From the NCBI GenBank assembly GCA_963717145.1, contig OY970325.1, positions 2,432,001-2,496,000 of the forward strand: a stretch of DNA of 64,000 bases, written 5' to 3'. Position 1 is the first letter of the stretch; each line of letters opens with the position of its first letter. Of this stretch, positions 18,308 to 33,550 are shown one piece after another. Made by a program: the position numbers and the translations under genes. The notes under the pieces were generated by a model that saw only the letters and a program-made list of their open reading frames with translations, made no database searches and was not told the DNA's origin. Source of the stretch: an uncultured Armatimonadetes bacterium. GTDB lineage: Bacteria > Armatimonadota > UBA5829 > DTJY01.

Positions 18308-18667
18308 CTAGAACTCCAGACCGCCGGATCGGGCGGCTTCGGCGAGGGTTTTCACTCTGCCGTGGAAGATATATCCGCCACGGTCGAATACCACTTGCTT
18401 GATGCCCTTTTCCTGGGCGCGCTTCGCTACCAGTTCGCCGACAGCCTTGGCCGCTTCAACGTTTCCGCCGCTCTTGATCTGCCCTTTGACTTCAGGATCC
18501 AGAGTCGAGGCGGCGACCAGCGTCTTGCCTTCTTTGTCATCCACGATCTGAGCGTAGATGTTGGTGAGGCTGCGGTAGACGTTAAGCCGCGGTCTCTCGG
18601 GGCTGCCGACCACTTTCTTGCGGACACGCGAGTGTCTGGACTGGCGCAATTCTTCTCTACTAGCCAT
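18308..18667 (-). CDS. rplR: 50S ribosomal protein L18
   Basis: [17 protein letters not shown]. Confidence 0.98.
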   Translation of the reverse strand: MASREELRQSRHSRVRKKVVGSPERPRLNVYRSLTNIYAQIVDDKEGKTLVAASTLDPEVKGQIKSGGNVEAAKAVGELVAKRAQEKGIKQVVFDRGGYIFHGRVKTLAEAARSGGLEF

Positions 18668-18687
18668 TGATTCTCAGCCTCCCAAGC

Positions 18688-19242
18688 TTACGTCTTGCCG
18701 CTCTTACCGACCTTGCGGCGCACAGTCTCGGTCGAGTATCTGATTCCCTTGCCCTTGTACGGCTCGGGCTTTCGGATAGCTCTGATCTCGGCGGCCTGTT
18801 GACCAACGACCTGCTTGTCGATGCCACGGACCTTGACCAGAGGCAGTCTGGTGTTCACTTCCTGGGCCACCTCGAATTCGATCCCCGGGCGCGGCGTTAC
18901 GTCGACGGGATGGGAGTATCCGACCTGAATATTCAGGTTCAGACCAGCCATCTGCGCGCGGTAACCTACGCCGTGAATCTCGAGTGTCTTCTCATAGCCC
19001 TTGGTGACGCCCTCGACCATGTTAGAGACGATAGTTCGTGTCAACCCGTGAAGGGATCGGTGCGTCTTTCCATCCGACGGCCGCTCGACGAGGACGTTGC
19101 CGCCCTCGACTTTGACGATCATCTCGGGATGGATGCTCTTCGTCAGCGTACCCTTCGGTCCCTTAACGGTGACCGAGCCGTCGCTGATCTGCACGTCTAC
19201 CCCGCCGGGAATAGGAATCGGCATCTTGCCTATTCTCGACAT
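18688..19242 (-). CDS. rplF: 50S ribosomal protein L6
   Basis: MSRIGK, PEPYKGKGIRY. Confidence 0.98.
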   Translation of the reverse strand: MSRIGKMPIPIPGGVDVQISDGSVTVKGPKGTLTKSIHPEMIVKVEGGNVLVERPSDGKTHRSLHGLTRTIVSNMVEGVTKGYEKTLEIHGVGYRAQMAGLNLNIQVGYSHPVDVTPRPGIEFEVAQEVNTRLPLVKVRGIDKQVVGQQAAEIRAIRKPEPYKGKGIRYSTETVRRKVGKSGKT

Positions 19243-19254
19243 AGCTAAATCCTC

Positions 19255-19653
19255 CTACCACACATAGCACAGTATCTCGCCACCCACGTGAAGCCTTCGC
19301 GCCTCACGGTCGGTGATCACACCCCTGGAGGTGCTGATAATTGCGATCCCGAGGCCGCCGAGAACTCGTGGGAGATCTCCGCGCTTCGAGTAGACGCGCA
19401 GACCCGGCCTGCTCACCCGCTTCAGATTGGTGATAACCTTTTCCTTGTGCGGGCCGTACTTCAGGGCGATCTTCGCTCGGCTCTGTGCCTTGTCTTTGAC
19501 CAGTTCGTGAGTCTTGATGAACCCCTCCGACTGAAGAATCTTGATGATCTCCACGATCAGACGGGATGCAGGCACTTCGACTTGGTCGTGACCTGCTGAA
19601 TTCGCGTTGCGGATCCTGGTCAACAAATCCGCTACCGGGTCTGTAACTGCCAT
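19255..19653 (-). CDS. rpsH: 30S ribosomal protein S8
   Basis: [30 protein letters not shown]. Confidence 0.98.
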   Translation of the reverse strand: MAVTDPVADLLTRIRNANSAGHDQVEVPASRLIVEIIKILQSEGFIKTHELVKDKAQSRAKIALKYGPHKEKVITNLKRVSRPGLRVYSKRGDLPRVLGGLGIAIISTSRGVITDREARRLHVGGEILCYVW

Positions 19654-19737
19654 GTATAGTCCTCCATGCGCCTGGGCGCCAGGTCCGTCTCGAAAGACGT
19701 CCACGCCCGGTTCGCTCCCCCCACCGTTGGGGTCCCC

Positions 19738-19807
19738 GTAGGGGCGAAGCATTGGCTGCTGCCGGCCGACGATCTCGCTCTATCGGCAGCCAATGCTTCG
19801 CCCCTAC
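19738..19807. repeat. family D REP-like inverted pair
   Basis: GTAGGGGCGAAGCATTGGCTGC ... GCAGCCAATGCTTCGCCCCTAC. Confidence 0.9.
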
Positions 19808-19814
19808 AGAAGGT

Positions 19815-20000
19815 TTACCAGCTCGACTTGGTCACGCCGGGGACGAATCCCTGGTGAGCCAATTCTCTGAAACAAATCCTGCAGATGCCAAATTTCCGGA
19901 TGAATCCGCGAGGCCTGCCGCAGAGCCTGCAGCGGTTGTACTTGCGGACCTTGAACTTCGGCGTCTTATTGGCTTTTTCTATGAGTGCTTGCTTTGCCAA
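19815..20000 (-). CDS. rpsN: 30S ribosomal protein S14, short Zn-binding type
   Basis: 61 aa; [16 protein letters not shown]. Confidence 0.97.
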   Translation of the reverse strand: MAKQALIEKANKTPKFKVRKYNRCRLCGRPRGFIRKFGICRICFRELAHQGFVPGVTKSSW

Positions 20001-20020
20001 CTGGCCTAATCTCCTCGCTG

Positions 20021-22102
20021 TTATTCTTCAGCTTTTTCTTTCTTACGCTGGTCTATGATCAACTGTGCCTGGTGTGCAGGCACCTGCTCGTAGTGTGACG
20101 GATCGACCTTGAATGTGCCGCGCCCTCTCGCGATCGAGCGCAGATCGATGGCGTATCTCTGCATCTCCGACTGGGGAACGGTGCCTCGGATGAGCTGCTT
20201 CCCATCCCCGATCTGTTCCATGCCCAATATCCGGCCTCTCTTGCCGTTCAGGTCGCCGATCACGTCGCCCATGTATTCTTCCGGCACGACTACTTCGACG
20301 GTCACAATCGGTTCGAGCAGCACTGGATTGGCCTTCTCGGCGGCGGCCTGGAAGGCGATGATTCCTGCCATCTTGAACGCCATTTCCGAGGAGTCCACTG
20401 TATGGAACGAGCCATCATACACGATGGCGCGGATATCTACGACAGGGAAGCCGGCGAGAATGCCTCTGTCCATCGCTTCCCTGATGCCTTTTTCGACGGC
20501 GGGTATGTACTGCCTCGGGATAGACCCGCCTACGACCTGGTCGACGTACTCGAAGCCCTCGCTGCGCTCTCTCGGCTGCAGCTCGACCCACGCGTCACCG
20601 TACTGCCCTCGGCCGCCGGTCTGCTTCTTGTGCTTCCCCTGGGCCTTGGCGCCGGTCATGATCGTCTCACGATACGGGATCTTCGGCATGGCGGTGTCGA
20701 CTTCGACGCCGAACTTGCTCTTCAGGCGATCGACAATGATATCGACATGAGTTTCTCCCATGCCGGAAACCAATGTCTCGCCGGTCTCCACCTCGCGCCG
20801 GTACTGGAACGTCGGATCTTCGTCCGCCAGCTTGACGAGGCCCGGACCGAGCTTGTCCTCATCGGTCTTCGTCTTGGCGAAGATCGCGACCGAGTAGATC
20901 GGCGCAGGAAACTCGATCGGCGGGTACACGATCGGCTTGCTTCGATCGCAGAGCGTATCTCCGGTCGATGTATCTGCCAGCTTGGCCACGGCGCCGATGT
21001 CGCCTGCATGAACCTCTGGGGTAGCTTCCTGGTTCTTGCCTCGCAGGAAATAGACCTGGCCGATGCGCTCGTCTGCGCCCCTGGTGGAGTTGAAGACGTG
21101 CGAATCGGACTTGAGCACCCCCGAGTATACCTTGAAATATGTCAGCTTGCCGACATACGGGTCGGCCAGTGTCTTGAATACGAGCGCAGAGAACGGCTCG
21201 GTGTCGGCCGCCTTGCGTTCTTCCTTCGCTTCCGACTGCGGGTTCGTTCCCTCAGCCGCGGGCACGTCGGCCGGCGATGGGAAGTCGCGGACGATGCAGT
21301 CGAGCGCTCCCGAGATGCCGATGTTCCTGACGGCCGATCCACAGAGTATGGGCACGACTTTGCCGGCCTTGACGCCGAGCATCAGACCGTGTGCGACCTC
21401 ATCATTGGTCAGCCCTTCGCCCTCGAGATACTTGTTCAGCAGGTCATCATCGTTCTCAGCGGCGGCTTCCACCAGCGCCTCACGGTACCGCGCGACGACG
21501 TCGGCCATGGCGCCGGGTATCTCGCCGACTGTCGGCTGCTTGCCGGTCCCGGTGACGGCCTTCATAGCGACGAGGTCTACGTATCCTTCAAAACTGTCTT
21601 GCGAGCCGATCGGCACCCAGATGGGAACCACTCGGTTGCCGAAACGGACCTTCAGGGCCTCGGCGACTGCAAAGAAGTCGGCGTTCTCTCTCTCCATCTT
21701 ATTGACGAAGATGCCCCTGGCGATCCCGATCTCATTGGCGATATCCCACGCCGACTCGGAGCCTACTTCTATGCCGGATACCGCGCAAACGACCAGCATC
21801 GCACCCTCGACGACTCGGAGCGCGCCCTTCACGTCACCGACGAAGTCCGTGTATCCCGGCGTGTCGATCAGGTTGATCTTCGAATTCTTCCACTCACACG
21901 GCGCGAGTGCGGCGTTGATGCTGATCTTGCGCTTGATCTCGTCCTGGTCATAGTCGGAGGTCGTGGTACCGTCATCAACCTTGCCCAGCCTGTCGATGGC
22001 GCCGGCGTTGAACATCAACGCCTCGGTAAGAGAGGTCTTGCCACAGCCGCCATGGCCGGCCAGTGCTATATTGCGTATGGATTCAGCGGTGTATGCTTTC
22101 AC
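20021..22102 (-). CDS. elongation factor G paralogue (EF-G2-like)
   Basis: 693 aa with all EF-G domains; divergent G1 GHGGCGKT and switch [24 protein letters not shown]. Confidence 0.92.
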   Translation of the reverse strand: MKAYTAESIRNIALAGHGGCGKTSLTEALMFNAGAIDRLGKVDDGTTTSDYDQDEIKRKISINAALAPCEWKNSKINLIDTPGYTDFVGDVKGALRVVEGAMLVVCAVSGIEVGSESAWDIANEIGIARGIFVNKMERENADFFAVAEALKVRFGNRVVPIWVPIGSQDSFEGYVDLVAMKAVTGTGKQPTVGEIPGAMADVVARYREALVEAAAENDDDLLNKYLEGEGLTNDEVAHGLMLGVKAGKVVPILCGSAVRNIGISGALDCIVRDFPSPADVPAAEGTNPQSEAKEERKAADTEPFSALVFKTLADPYVGKLTYFKVYSGVLKSDSHVFNSTRGADERIGQVYFLRGKNQEATPEVHAGDIGAVAKLADTSTGDTLCDRSKPIVYPPIEFPAPIYSVAIFAKTKTDEDKLGPGLVKLADEDPTFQYRREVETGETLVSGMGETHVDIIVDRLKSKFGVEVDTAMPKIPYRETIMTGAKAQGKHKKQTGGRGQYGDAWVELQPRERSEGFEYVDQVVGGSIPRQYIPAVEKGIREAMDRGILAGFPVVDIRAIVYDGSFHTVDSSEMAFKMAGIIAFQAAAEKANPVLLEPIVTVEVVVPEEYMGDVIGDLNGKRGRILGMEQIGDGKQLIRGTVPQSEMQRYAIDLRSIARGRGTFKVDPSHYEQVPAHQAQLIIDQRKKEKAEE

Positions 22103-22118
22103 CTGGATAGACCCCTTC

Positions 22119-22661
22119 CTAGCGCTCGCGGAACGGCATGCCCATTGCCTTCAGAAGGCCGCGGGCCTCCTCGTCGGTTCTGGCTGTCGTGGTTATGATG
22201 ATGTCCATGCCTCGGACCTTGTCGATCTTGTCGTAGTCGATCTCAGGGAAGATCAACTGCTCTTTGAGGCCCATCGCGAAATTCCCCCGGCCGTCGAATG
22301 AACTCGGGGAAACTCCCCCGAAGTCGCGGACTCTCGGCAGCGTCACGTTGAACAACTTGTCGAGGAATTCGTACATGCGGGTGCCGCGCAGGGTCACCTT
22401 GGCGCCGATGCGCATCCCGGTCCGAATCTTGAAGTTCGCAATGGACTTCTTGGCCTTCGTGATGACGGGCTTCTGGCCGGAGATGGTCGTCATGTCGCGG
22501 ACGGCGCCATCCAGCACCTTCGGGTCCTGGACCGCCTGGCCGACACCCATATTGATGACCACCCGGTCTACCCTGGGCACCTGCATGACGCTGTCATAGT
22601 TGAACTGCTTCATGAGCGCGGGTACCACTTCGTCTCTAAATTTGTCTTTAAGTCGAGCCAC
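22119..22661 (-). CDS. rplE: 50S ribosomal protein L5
   Basis: [21 protein letters not shown]. Confidence 0.98.
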   Translation of the reverse strand: MARLKDKFRDEVVPALMKQFNYDSVMQVPRVDRVVINMGVGQAVQDPKVLDGAVRDMTTISGQKPVITKAKKSIANFKIRTGMRIGAKVTLRGTRMYEFLDKLFNVTLPRVRDFGGVSPSSFDGRGNFAMGLKEQLIFPEIDYDKIDKVRGMDIIITTTARTDEEARGLLKAMGMPFRER

Positions 22662-22674
22662 TTGTCATGCCCCC

Positions 22675-23016
22675 TCAGGTCTCGTCGATATACTCGTGGC
22701 AGTGCTTGCACGTGCGGACGTGCTTGTCCTCGACGCTCTCACTGCCGACGCGGGAAGGTTCGCCGCAACGCGGACAGATCAGCATAACCTTGCCGATCGC
22801 CAACGGCGCAGGCTTGGTGATGCGACCGGTCTGCATCTGCGGAGTCGCCCTCGTCCTGCTGCTCTGCCTGGGCTTCTGGTGCTTGGTCACCATATTCATG
22901 CCTTCTACGATGACCTCGCCCTTGGTCGGGAGCGTCTGGAGGACTTTCCCTTTGCCGCCCTTGTCTTTGCCGGCGAGCACCACTACCTGGTCGCCTTTTT
23001 TGATTCTCATTTTCAT
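22675..23016 (-). CDS. rplX: 50S ribosomal protein L24
   Basis: IKKGDQVVVLAGKDKG. Confidence 0.97.
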   Translation of the reverse strand: MKMRIKKGDQVVVLAGKDKGGKGKVLQTLPTKGEVIVEGMNMVTKHQKPRQSSRTRATPQMQTGRITKPAPLAIGKVMLICPRCGEPSRVGSESVEDKHVRTCKHCHEYIDET

Positions 23017-23030
23017 GTCGATTGCCTCAC

Positions 23031-23399
23031 CTACAGTACCTCGGGCGCGAGGGATATGATCTTCATGAAGTTCTTCTCTCGCAGTTCCCTCGCGACGGGG
23101 CCGAATATTCGGGTGCCCCTGGGCTCACCGGCCGGGTTGATGACCACAGCCGCATTGTCATCGAAGCGCAGTGTGGAGCCATCGTTCCTGCGGACAGGCT
23201 TCTTGGTGCGCACTACGACCGCCTTCACGACGTCGCCCTTCTTGACCGCCGCTCCGGGTGTAGCCGATTTCACTGCCCCGACGATGATATCGCCCACGTC
23301 GGCAAACTGGTTGTTGGAGCCCTTCATGACGCGGATGCACATAATCTCACGTGCACCCGAGTTGTCGGCTGCTTTCAAGCGTGTATACGGCTGTATCAT
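23031..23399 (-). CDS. rplN: 50S ribosomal protein L14
   Basis: [25 protein letters not shown]. Confidence 0.98.
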   Translation of the reverse strand: MIQPYTRLKAADNSGAREIMCIRVMKGSNNQFADVGDIIVGAVKSATPGAAVKKGDVVKAVVVRTKKPVRRNDGSTLRFDDNAAVVINPAGEPRGTRIFGPVARELREKNFMKIISLAPEVL

Positions 23400-23441
23400 T
23401 ATTCGATACCCTTCTTACTATAAAAGACTTTCGATGTCCAG

Positions 23442-23467
23442 GGCCGGCACTGAGGCACGGCTTCTAC
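23442..23467. repeat. single family A REP arm whose GTAG overlaps the rpsQ stop codon
   Basis: ggccggcactgaggcacggcttctac. Confidence 0.7.
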
Positions 23468-23724
23468 TTGGCCTTCTCGACGACGCGCACGACTCTCCAG
23501 CGCTTCTCGCGACTGATCGGACGGGTCTCCATGATCTCGACGAGATCGCCCATGCCGATTTCGTTGCTCTCATCGTGCGCCTTGAGCTTCTTGGTCCGCC
23601 TCATGATCCGACCATATAGCGCATGGCGAATCCTCGATTCCACGGCGACGATGACGGTCTGATCCATCTTGTCGCTGATGACTCGGCCGCTGCGGACCTT
23701 GCGTCTGCTTCTGGCTTCCTCCAT
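23464..23724 (-). CDS. rpsQ: 30S ribosomal protein S17
   Basis: SDKMDQT, AHDE, ETRPISR. Confidence 0.98.
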   Translation of the reverse strand: MEEARSRRKVRSGRVISDKMDQTVIVAVESRIRHALYGRIMRRTKKLKAHDESNEIGMGDLVEIMETRPISREKRWRVVRVVEKAK

Positions 23725-23727
23725 GGG

Positions 23728-23949
23728 TTAACCTTGTCCTTTCGCCGCTTCGAGTTCTTTCTCTCGAATAATAGTCAGGATCCGGGCGATATTCTTGCGA
23801 GCCACAGAGAGCCTCTGGGGATTCTCGAGCTGCTTCATCGCGGATTCCCGCCGGGCAATGAAGAGGGTTTTCCTCTCATCCTGAAGCATCCGCTCCAGTT
23901 CCACGCCGGAAGCCTGTCGAAGCTGGTCTCTATGCTGAGCTACCTTCAT
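23728..23949 (-). CDS. rpmC: 50S ribosomal protein L29
   Basis: [14 protein letters not shown]; position after rplP. Confidence 0.93.
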   Translation of the reverse strand: MKVAQHRDQLRQASGVELERMLQDERKTLFIARRESAMKQLENPQRLSVARKNIARILTIIREKELEAAKGQG

Positions 23950-24370
23950 GAACCTCACCCAACTCCTTCTTCGTCACGAACTTCGTTGCGATAGGGAGCT
24001 TATGGGCAGCCAGTCTCATAGCTTCCTTGGCAAGCTCCTCATTGACTCCGGCCATCTCGAACAGCATTCGGCCGGGCTTTATGACGGCGACCCACACTTC
24101 GGGAGCGCCCTTACCGGATCCCATTCGGGTCTCAGCCGGCTTCTTGGAGACCGACTTGTCCGGGAAGATGCGGATCCAGATCTGGCCGCCCCTCTTGACG
24201 TGCCTCGTCATCGCAATTCGTGCTGCTTCTATCTGATTGCTGGTCATCCAGCAATGTTCGAGCGCCTGCAGACCGAAATCGCCGAAGTCGATATTCGTCC
24301 CGCCCTTGGCCTTGCCGGCGCGCGATCCACGATGCATCTTGCGATGCTTGACCTTCTTTGGCATCAACAT
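23930..24370 (-). CDS. rplP: 50S ribosomal protein L16
   Basis: [15 protein letters not shown]. Confidence 0.98.
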   Translation of the reverse strand: MLMPKKVKHRKMHRGSRAGKAKGGTNIDFGDFGLQALEHCWMTSNQIEAARIAMTRHVKRGGQIWIRIFPDKSVSKKPAETRMGSGKGAPEVWVAVIKPGRMLFEMAGVNEELAKEAMRLAAHKLPIATKFVTKKELGEVHEGSSA

Positions 24371-24372
24371 GG

Positions 24373-25209
24373 CTAACCAGCACCCCCCGTTCGATCTCCG
24401 CCGCCGCGACCGCCACGGCCTCCGCCGCCGCCACGACCGCCACCGCCACGGCCTCCTCCACCTCCGGGGCCGCGACCGCCGCCGCCGCCACCAGGTCCGC
24501 CACGGCGCTCACCTCTCGGGTAGCGCGGTGGCATGGCCTCGCCCTCGGGAGCCGTTGCCGTCACGTTCATGTCGGCTTTCTGGCCGGGCAGGATGTCGCC
24601 TCGGTAGATCCAGACTTTGATGCCGATGTTGCCGTACGTCGTCGCTGCCTCGGCGAATCCGTAATCTATATCTGCGCGCAGTGTGTGAAGCGGAATCTTG
24701 CCCTGCTTATCGCCCTCTTTGCGCGCGATTTCCGCCCCGCCGAGTCGACCGGAACACAGCACCTTGATGCCCTTCGCCCCCATGCGCATGGTGCGCTGGA
24801 TGGACTGGCGCATGGCTCTCCGGAACGCGATTCTCTTCTCGATCTGGCTCGCGATACTCTCCGCCACAAGCTGCCCGTCGAGTTCCGGCCGGCGGACCTC
24901 CTGTACGTTGACATGGACCTGCTTGCCGGTCATCCTCTCGAGGAAAAGTCTCAGATCGTCGACTCCCTTGCCTCCGCGGCCGATGATGATGCCGGGCCGG
25001 GCGGTGTGGAGCGTGATCTTGACTCGGTTCGCCGCGCGCTCTATCTCGATCCTCGCGATTGCGGCGGCGAAAAGCTTCTTCTTGATATACCGGCGCAGCT
25101 TGACGTCCTCGACCAGCGCATCCGCGTAACCCTTGTCCGCGTACCACTTGCTATCCCAGTCTCGGATGACGCCGATTCGGAATCCTATTGGATGGATCTT
25201 CTGACCCAT
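24373..25209 (-). CDS. rpsC: 30S ribosomal protein S3 with Gly/Arg-rich tail
   Basis: [22 protein letters not shown]. Confidence 0.98.
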   Translation of the reverse strand: MGQKIHPIGFRIGVIRDWDSKWYADKGYADALVEDVKLRRYIKKKLFAAAIARIEIERAANRVKITLHTARPGIIIGRGGKGVDDLRLFLERMTGKQVHVNVQEVRRPELDGQLVAESIASQIEKRIAFRRAMRQSIQRTMRMGAKGIKVLCSGRLGGAEIARKEGDKQGKIPLHTLRADIDYGFAEAATTYGNIGIKVWIYRGDILPGQKADMNVTATAPEGEAMPPRYPRGERRGGPGGGGGGRGPGGGGGRGGGGRGGGGGRGGRGGGDRTGGAG

Positions 25210-25221
25210 GCTAACTCTCCT

Positions 25222-25764
25222 TTACTCCTCAACCGCCTCGGGAGTTGTCTCTCCCTGGGTCGCCGGGGTCTCAGCCGTCTCCTCGGCCTTCGTCGCTTTC
25301 TCCGGAGCAGCCTTCGCAGCTCGCTTCGGTGCGGCGGCCTTCGGGGCGGCGGCGACCTCGGTCTTCGCGCGGGCCGGCTTACGACCCTTGCCCTTGCCCT
25401 TGGCCTTCGGAGCGACTTCTTTTCTCAACGCCTCGTCTTCGGAGACGACCACCGTGATGTGGCTCGTTCTCTTAAGGATGTGGAACGCGGTGCCCCTCGC
25501 TCGCGGCTGAATGCGCTTGAGGGATGGTCCCTGATCGACCATTGCGCCCGACAGCCGCAGGATGTCGCGATCCAGGCTGTAGTTGTTCACAGCATTGGCG
25601 ACAGCCGACTCCAAGACCCGCTCGATGTACCGCGCGGCCCTGTTGGGTATGAATTTCAGCGTCGCGAGCGCATCGTTCGCGCTCTTCCCGCGTACTGCGT
25701 CCAGCACGAATCGTGCTTTCCTCGGCGGTACCCGCAGGTAACGACCGACTGCTTTAGCCTCCAT
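25222..25764 (-). CDS. rplV: 50S ribosomal protein L22 with Lys/Ala then Glu-rich tail
   Basis: SAVANA, PRARG, KRTSHITV. Confidence 0.97.
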   Translation of the reverse strand: MEAKAVGRYLRVPPRKARFVLDAVRGKSANDALATLKFIPNRAARYIERVLESAVANAVNNYSLDRDILRLSGAMVDQGPSLKRIQPRARGTAFHILKRTSHITVVVSEDEALRKEVAPKAKGKGKGRKPARAKTEVAAAPKAAAPKRAAKAAPEKATKAEETAETPATQGETTPEAVEE

Positions 25765-25797
25765 TGCATCCTCCAAACCTATGAAGACAGACGGGAC

Positions 25798-26082
25798 CTA
25801 CCTCACAGAGGTCGATCTCTCCGTGTGTCCGCCATGCCCTCTGAACGTCCTGGTTACTGCAAACTCGCCGAGCTTGTGCCCCACCATGTTCTCGGTAATG
25901 AACACGGGCACGTGCTTGCGACCGTCGTGTACCGCGATGGTGTGACCTATCATCATCGGAAAGATCGTCGATCGTCGGGACCATGACTTGATGATCCGCT
26001 TCTCGCCTCTGGCGTTCATATCTTCGATCTTCTGTAGCAACTTCGGCTCAGCGTAGGGTCCCTTTTTTAGTGATCTACCCAC
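25798..26082 (-). CDS. rpsS: 30S ribosomal protein S19
   Basis: RSLKKGP, WSRRSTI, GHKLGEF. Confidence 0.98.
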   Translation of the reverse strand: MGRSLKKGPYAEPKLLQKIEDMNARGEKRIIKSWSRRSTIFPMMIGHTIAVHDGRKHVPVFITENMVGHKLGEFAVTRTFRGHGGHTERSTSVR

Positions 26083-26094
26083 TCAGCATCCTCC

Positions 26095-26919
26095 CTACTG
26101 TCGTTTCTTGACGATGAACTTATCGGTCGTCTTGTTGCGCCTGGTCTTGCGACCCTGGGCAATCTTGCCCCACGGTGTCATCGGACTCTTGCGGCCTACG
26201 GGCGACTTGCCCTCTCCACCACCGTGCGGATGGTCCCTCGGGTTCATGACAACGCCACGAACCGTCGGCCGGATCCCGAGATGTCGTGATCGACCGGCCT
26301 TGCCGAGCGAGATGTTCTCGTGATCGACGTTGCCGACCTGGCCGATGGTGGCTTTGCATGTCTGCAAGACCAGCCGCATTTCACTGGAGGGCAGTCTGAT
26401 CAGGCAGTACTTGCCTTCCTTGGCCATGAGCTGCGCCCCGACGCCGGCGCTTCGTACCATCTGGCCGCCCTTGCCGGGTCTCAGCTCGATGTTGTGAATA
26501 ATCGTACCGGTTGGAATATTGCTCAACGGCAGTACGTTGCCTGGCTTGATGTCCGCGGTTTCGCCGGAGATAACGTTATCGCCCACCTGGAGGCCGAGCG
26601 GCGCGAGGATATACCTCTTCTCGCCGTCGGCGTAATGCAGGAGCGCGATCCTGGCTGACCGGTTGGGATCATACTCGATCGTGGCAACCTTTGCCGGTAT
26701 GTCCGCTTTGTCTCGCTTGAAGTCGATAATCCTATAGAGGCGCTTGTGTCCCCCACCCTTGTGACGACAGGTGACGCGCCCGCTGGCATTCCGCCCGCCT
26801 GTCCTCTTTATGGGTTTTGTTAGCGACTTCTCCGGTTCGCTGGCCGTTAGCTCATCGAAGGCCGAAACCGTGGCGAATCTTCTACCCGGCGAAGTCGGTT
26901 TGAACTTCTTGATTGCCAC
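26095..26919 (-). CDS. rplB: 50S ribosomal protein L2
   Basis: [21 protein letters not shown]. Confidence 0.98.
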   Translation of the reverse strand: MAIKKFKPTSPGRRFATVSAFDELTASEPEKSLTKPIKRTGGRNASGRVTCRHKGGGHKRLYRIIDFKRDKADIPAKVATIEYDPNRSARIALLHYADGEKRYILAPLGLQVGDNVISGETADIKPGNVLPLSNIPTGTIIHNIELRPGKGGQMVRSAGVGAQLMAKEGKYCLIRLPSSEMRLVLQTCKATIGQVGNVDHENISLGKAGRSRHLGIRPTVRGVVMNPRDHPHGGGEGKSPVGRKSPMTPWGKIAQGRKTRRNKTTDKFIVKKRQ

Positions 26920-26924
26920 TAGTG

Positions 26925-27215
26925 TCACATCCCTTCGAATATGTCGAGTTTCTGTCCGGGCTTCAATGTAACGATGGCTTTCTTCCAATTGGAAGTCCGG
27001 CCCTGAGGATAGCGGCCTACCCTCTTTGTCTTGCCTCGGACGTTGAGAGTGTTGACCTTCTCAACACTCACGCTGAAGATCTGCTCGACTGCCTGAGCGA
27101 TCTCAATCTTGTTTGCATCTTTGTTGACCCGGAACGTATACTTCCCGTGCTCCGCGGTTTCAACGCTTTTCTCTGTCACCAGAGGCTGCTCGATGATCTC
27201 GTATGGGCTCTTCAT
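26925..27215 (-). CDS. rplW: 50S ribosomal protein L23
   Basis: [21 protein letters not shown]. Confidence 0.98.
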   Translation of the reverse strand: MKSPYEIIEQPLVTEKSVETAEHGKYTFRVNKDANKIEIAQAVEQIFSVSVEKVNTLNVRGKTKRVGRYPQGRTSNWKKAIVTLKPGQKLDIFEGM

Positions 27216-27838
27216 TTCGCGTGAACCTCCTGGATCTTGGTCAATGCAGCCTTCGTGAGGACTACCTGGTCGGCGTTCAGGAGATCATAGGTCGAGACCG
27301 ACGGCGCAATCCGCGTCTGCACCCAGGGTATGTTCCTGACCGACTTCACGACGATCTCATTCGGCTCACTTAGAATCAGCAGGACCTTTCCCGTCGCACC
27401 GATCTTGACAAGAATCTCGGCCATTCTCTTCGTGCTGATGGCATCGATCTGTAGTTCGTTCATCACGATGAGCGCCTTATCTCCCGCCTTGGACGAGAAT
27501 GCCGACCGAAGCGCGAGCCTTCGCATCTTCTTCGGCAGGTCTACGTCGTGAGTCCGAGGATGCGGACCCAACACGACTCCGCCGTGCCGGAAATGCGGGG
27601 CACGGGTGCTGCCCTGCCTGGCTCGACCGGTGCCTTTCTGGCGATACGGCTTGGCTCCTCCGCCACTCACTTCTGCGCGGGTCAACGTGTCGTGCGTGCC
27701 CCGGCGGAGCTTCGCGAGGTGTGCGATGACGGCCTGATGCATGATCGGCCCGTTTATCTCTACCTCGAACAGCTCCGGCTTAAGAACGGCCGTGCTAACC
27801 TTTGCTCCCTCAGCGTCCAGTACATCTACCCTGGGCAT
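27212..27838 (-). CDS. rplD: 50S ribosomal protein L4
   Basis: [14 protein letters not shown]. Confidence 0.98.
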   Translation of the reverse strand: MPRVDVLDAEGAKVSTAVLKPELFEVEINGPIMHQAVIAHLAKLRRGTHDTLTRAEVSGGGAKPYRQKGTGRARQGSTRAPHFRHGGVVLGPHPRTHDVDLPKKMRRLALRSAFSSKAGDKALIVMNELQIDAISTKRMAEILVKIGATGKVLLILSEPNEIVVKSVRNIPWVQTRIAPSVSTYDLLNADQVVLTKAALTKIQEVHAK

Positions 27839-27866
27839 GGCTTTCCTCCGTATTACATACGAGACA

Positions 27867-27923
27867 GTAGCCGCAGGCTTCACGCCTGCATGTGCGTGGC
27901 GCAGGCATGAAGCCTGCGACTAC
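27867..27923. repeat. GTAG REP-like pair (family F)
   Basis: GTAGCCGCAGGCTTCACGCCTGC ... GCAGGCATGAAGCCTGCGACTAC. Confidence 0.85.
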
Positions 27924-27929
27924 TATCCA

Positions 27930-28547
27930 CTACATCTTGCTTATGATTACCAGGCCGCCGTTTGCGCCGGGTACTGCGCCCTTGATGAGCAACAGATTCT
28001 TGTCGGTATCCGCTCGGACCACGGTCAGTCCCTGAGTCGTGACCCGCTCGCCGCCCATGCGGCCTGGACGCTTCACACCCTTGAACGTTCGAGCTGCATC
28101 CGTCGCGCCGCCGGACTGCGGCTTGCGGTGGACCATCGAGCCATGTGTCATGTCGCCACCGTGGAAATGCCACCGCTTGACGGCGCCGGCGAAGCCTTTG
28201 CCCTTCGAAGTGCCGGTCACGCTGACCTTGTCCCCGACGGCGAAGACATCCACCTTAACTTCCTGACCCAACTGCATGTCGCCGACATCGTCCGTGCGGA
28301 ACTCTCGCAGACAGCGCTTCGGAGCTACTCCGGCCTTCTTCAAATGTCCCGCGGCCGGCTTGTTAAGCCGCTTCTCTTTGATGTCGCCGAAGCCGACCTG
28401 CACGGCGGTGTAGCCGTCGGTCTTCTCGGTGCGTATCTGTGTAACTACGACGGGGCCTGCCTCGATGACGGTCACAGGAACGACGCTGCCGTCCTCATTG
28501 AAGACATGGGTCATCCCGACCTTCTTGCCGACTATGGAATTGACCAT
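27930..28547 (-). CDS. rplC: 50S ribosomal protein L3
   Basis: GKKVGMT, SKGKGFAG, KGAVPG. Confidence 0.98.
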   Translation of the reverse strand: MVNSIVGKKVGMTHVFNEDGSVVPVTVIEAGPVVVTQIRTEKTDGYTAVQVGFGDIKEKRLNKPAAGHLKKAGVAPKRCLREFRTDDVGDMQLGQEVKVDVFAVGDKVSVTGTSKGKGFAGAVKRWHFHGGDMTHGSMVHRKPQSGGATDAARTFKGVKRPGRMGGERVTTQGLTVVRADTDKNLLLIKGAVPGANGGLVIISKM

Positions 28548-28670
28548 TTGCTTACTCCTCTATCCCACGCGGATACGGCAGACGACGCCTGCTTGCTCCG
28601 CACTAACCCGAATCGCCGCAGCCACTCTGAGCAGAGCGCAGAATGACCGCGCGGTCCTGCCCGATTCCGG

Positions 28671-28979
28671 CTAGAGCTTGATCTCGATGTCTACGCCACT
28701 CGGCAGATCCAGCCTCATCAGCGCGTCGATGGTCTTCGGACCCGGCTCAAGAATATCGATGAGCCGCTTGTGTGTCCTCATCTCGAAGTGCTCCATCGAT
28801 TCCTTGTCGATGTTCGGCGCTCTGTTCACACAAAAGATGTCCTTCTCGGTCGGCAGTAGCACTGGCCCTGAGATCCGGGCGCCTGTCCGGCGCGCGGTCT
28901 CGACGATCCGCTCTGCAGACTGATCCAGAATCCGATGGTCAAACGCTTTCAGCCGAATCCTGACCTTTTCTCTACGCAT
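28671..28979 (-). CDS. rpsJ: 30S ribosomal protein S10
   Basis: [27 protein letters not shown]. Confidence 0.98.
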   Translation of the reverse strand: MRREKVRIRLKAFDHRILDQSAERIVETARRTGARISGPVLLPTEKDIFCVNRAPNIDKESMEHFEMRTHKRLIDILEPGPKTIDALMRLDLPSGVDIEIKL

Positions 28980-29002
28980 ATAACGGTCCTCCGATAGTAA
29001 CC

Positions 29003-30205
<1,203 letters not shown>

Positions 30206-30258
30206 CTCTTATGCCTCCTTAAAAGCACCTATTACTCCCAGAGGACGCGAACTCGACA

Positions 30259-30287
30259 ATGATACCACATTAGCGAGAGATTGGAAA
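30259..30287 (-). promoter_or_regulatory. possible internal tuf promoter
   Basis: TTTCCA-17 nt-TATCAT with extended TG. Confidence 0.4.
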
Positions 30288-30340
30288 GGCCTCGACAGCA
30301 TAAGCCCTAGCTTGCCGTCTTTCGGCCGTCCTGAACTCTC

Positions 30341-32928
<2,588 letters not shown>

Positions 32929-33300
32929 TTACTTGGGCCGCTTGGCGCCGTACTTGGAGCGGCTGGTCTTTCGATCGCGTGTCCCAGCCGTATCCAGGGT
33001 GCCGCGCACGATATGGTAACGTACACCTGGCAGATCTTTCACTCTACCGCCGCGCACCAGCACGACTGAGTGCTCCTGCAGGTTGTGGCCGATACCGGGT
33101 ATGTACGCGGTGACCTCGATGCCGTTGGTAAGCCTGACCTTCGCTACTTTTCGCAACGCAGAGTTCGGCTTCTTGGGCGGGAGAGTCTTGACCACAAGGC
33201 ACACTCCGCGCTTCTGCGGAGTCCCCTTGAGAGCAGGCGCTGCCGCTCTCTTCTTGACTTTCTGCCGCCCTTTTCGCACCAACTGATTGATTGTCGGCAT
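32929..33300 (-). CDS. rpsL: 30S ribosomal protein S12
   Basis: [29 protein letters not shown]. Confidence 0.99.
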   Translation of the reverse strand: MPTINQLVRKGRQKVKKRAAAPALKGTPQKRGVCLVVKTLPPKKPNSALRKVAKVRLTNGIEVTAYIPGIGHNLQEHSVVLVRGGRVKDLPGVRYHIVRGTLDTAGTRDRKTSRSKYGAKRPK

Positions 33301-33328
33301 AGCGTTCCTTCCTTTGTGCTTTCCCTAT

Positions 33329-33545
33329 ACAACAAAAGTGCCCCTCGAACGCACTCTAGGGGCACTAAGACATACTATCGCTGTCATTGGTTATTGCAAC
33401 AGTCTGTATGCGGAGGTGGTATTTCCTCTCGTCGCCCCCTTTATGAAACGCGGCCCAACTCGGGTTTTCAGGCAGGCACCCAACAGACTTACCTGCCTGC
33501 AGGGTAGACCAGTCGCCCTCGTCACCGCGAAAGTGCGTTCGAACC
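33329..33545 (-). ncRNA. structured 5' leader of the str operon with terminator and antiterminator
   Basis: 9-bp stem 33337-33366 plus U-tract; 11-nt perfect complement between 33532-33542 and 33345-33355; 10-bp stem 33469-33499. Confidence 0.65.
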
Positions 33546-33550
33546 TACAC

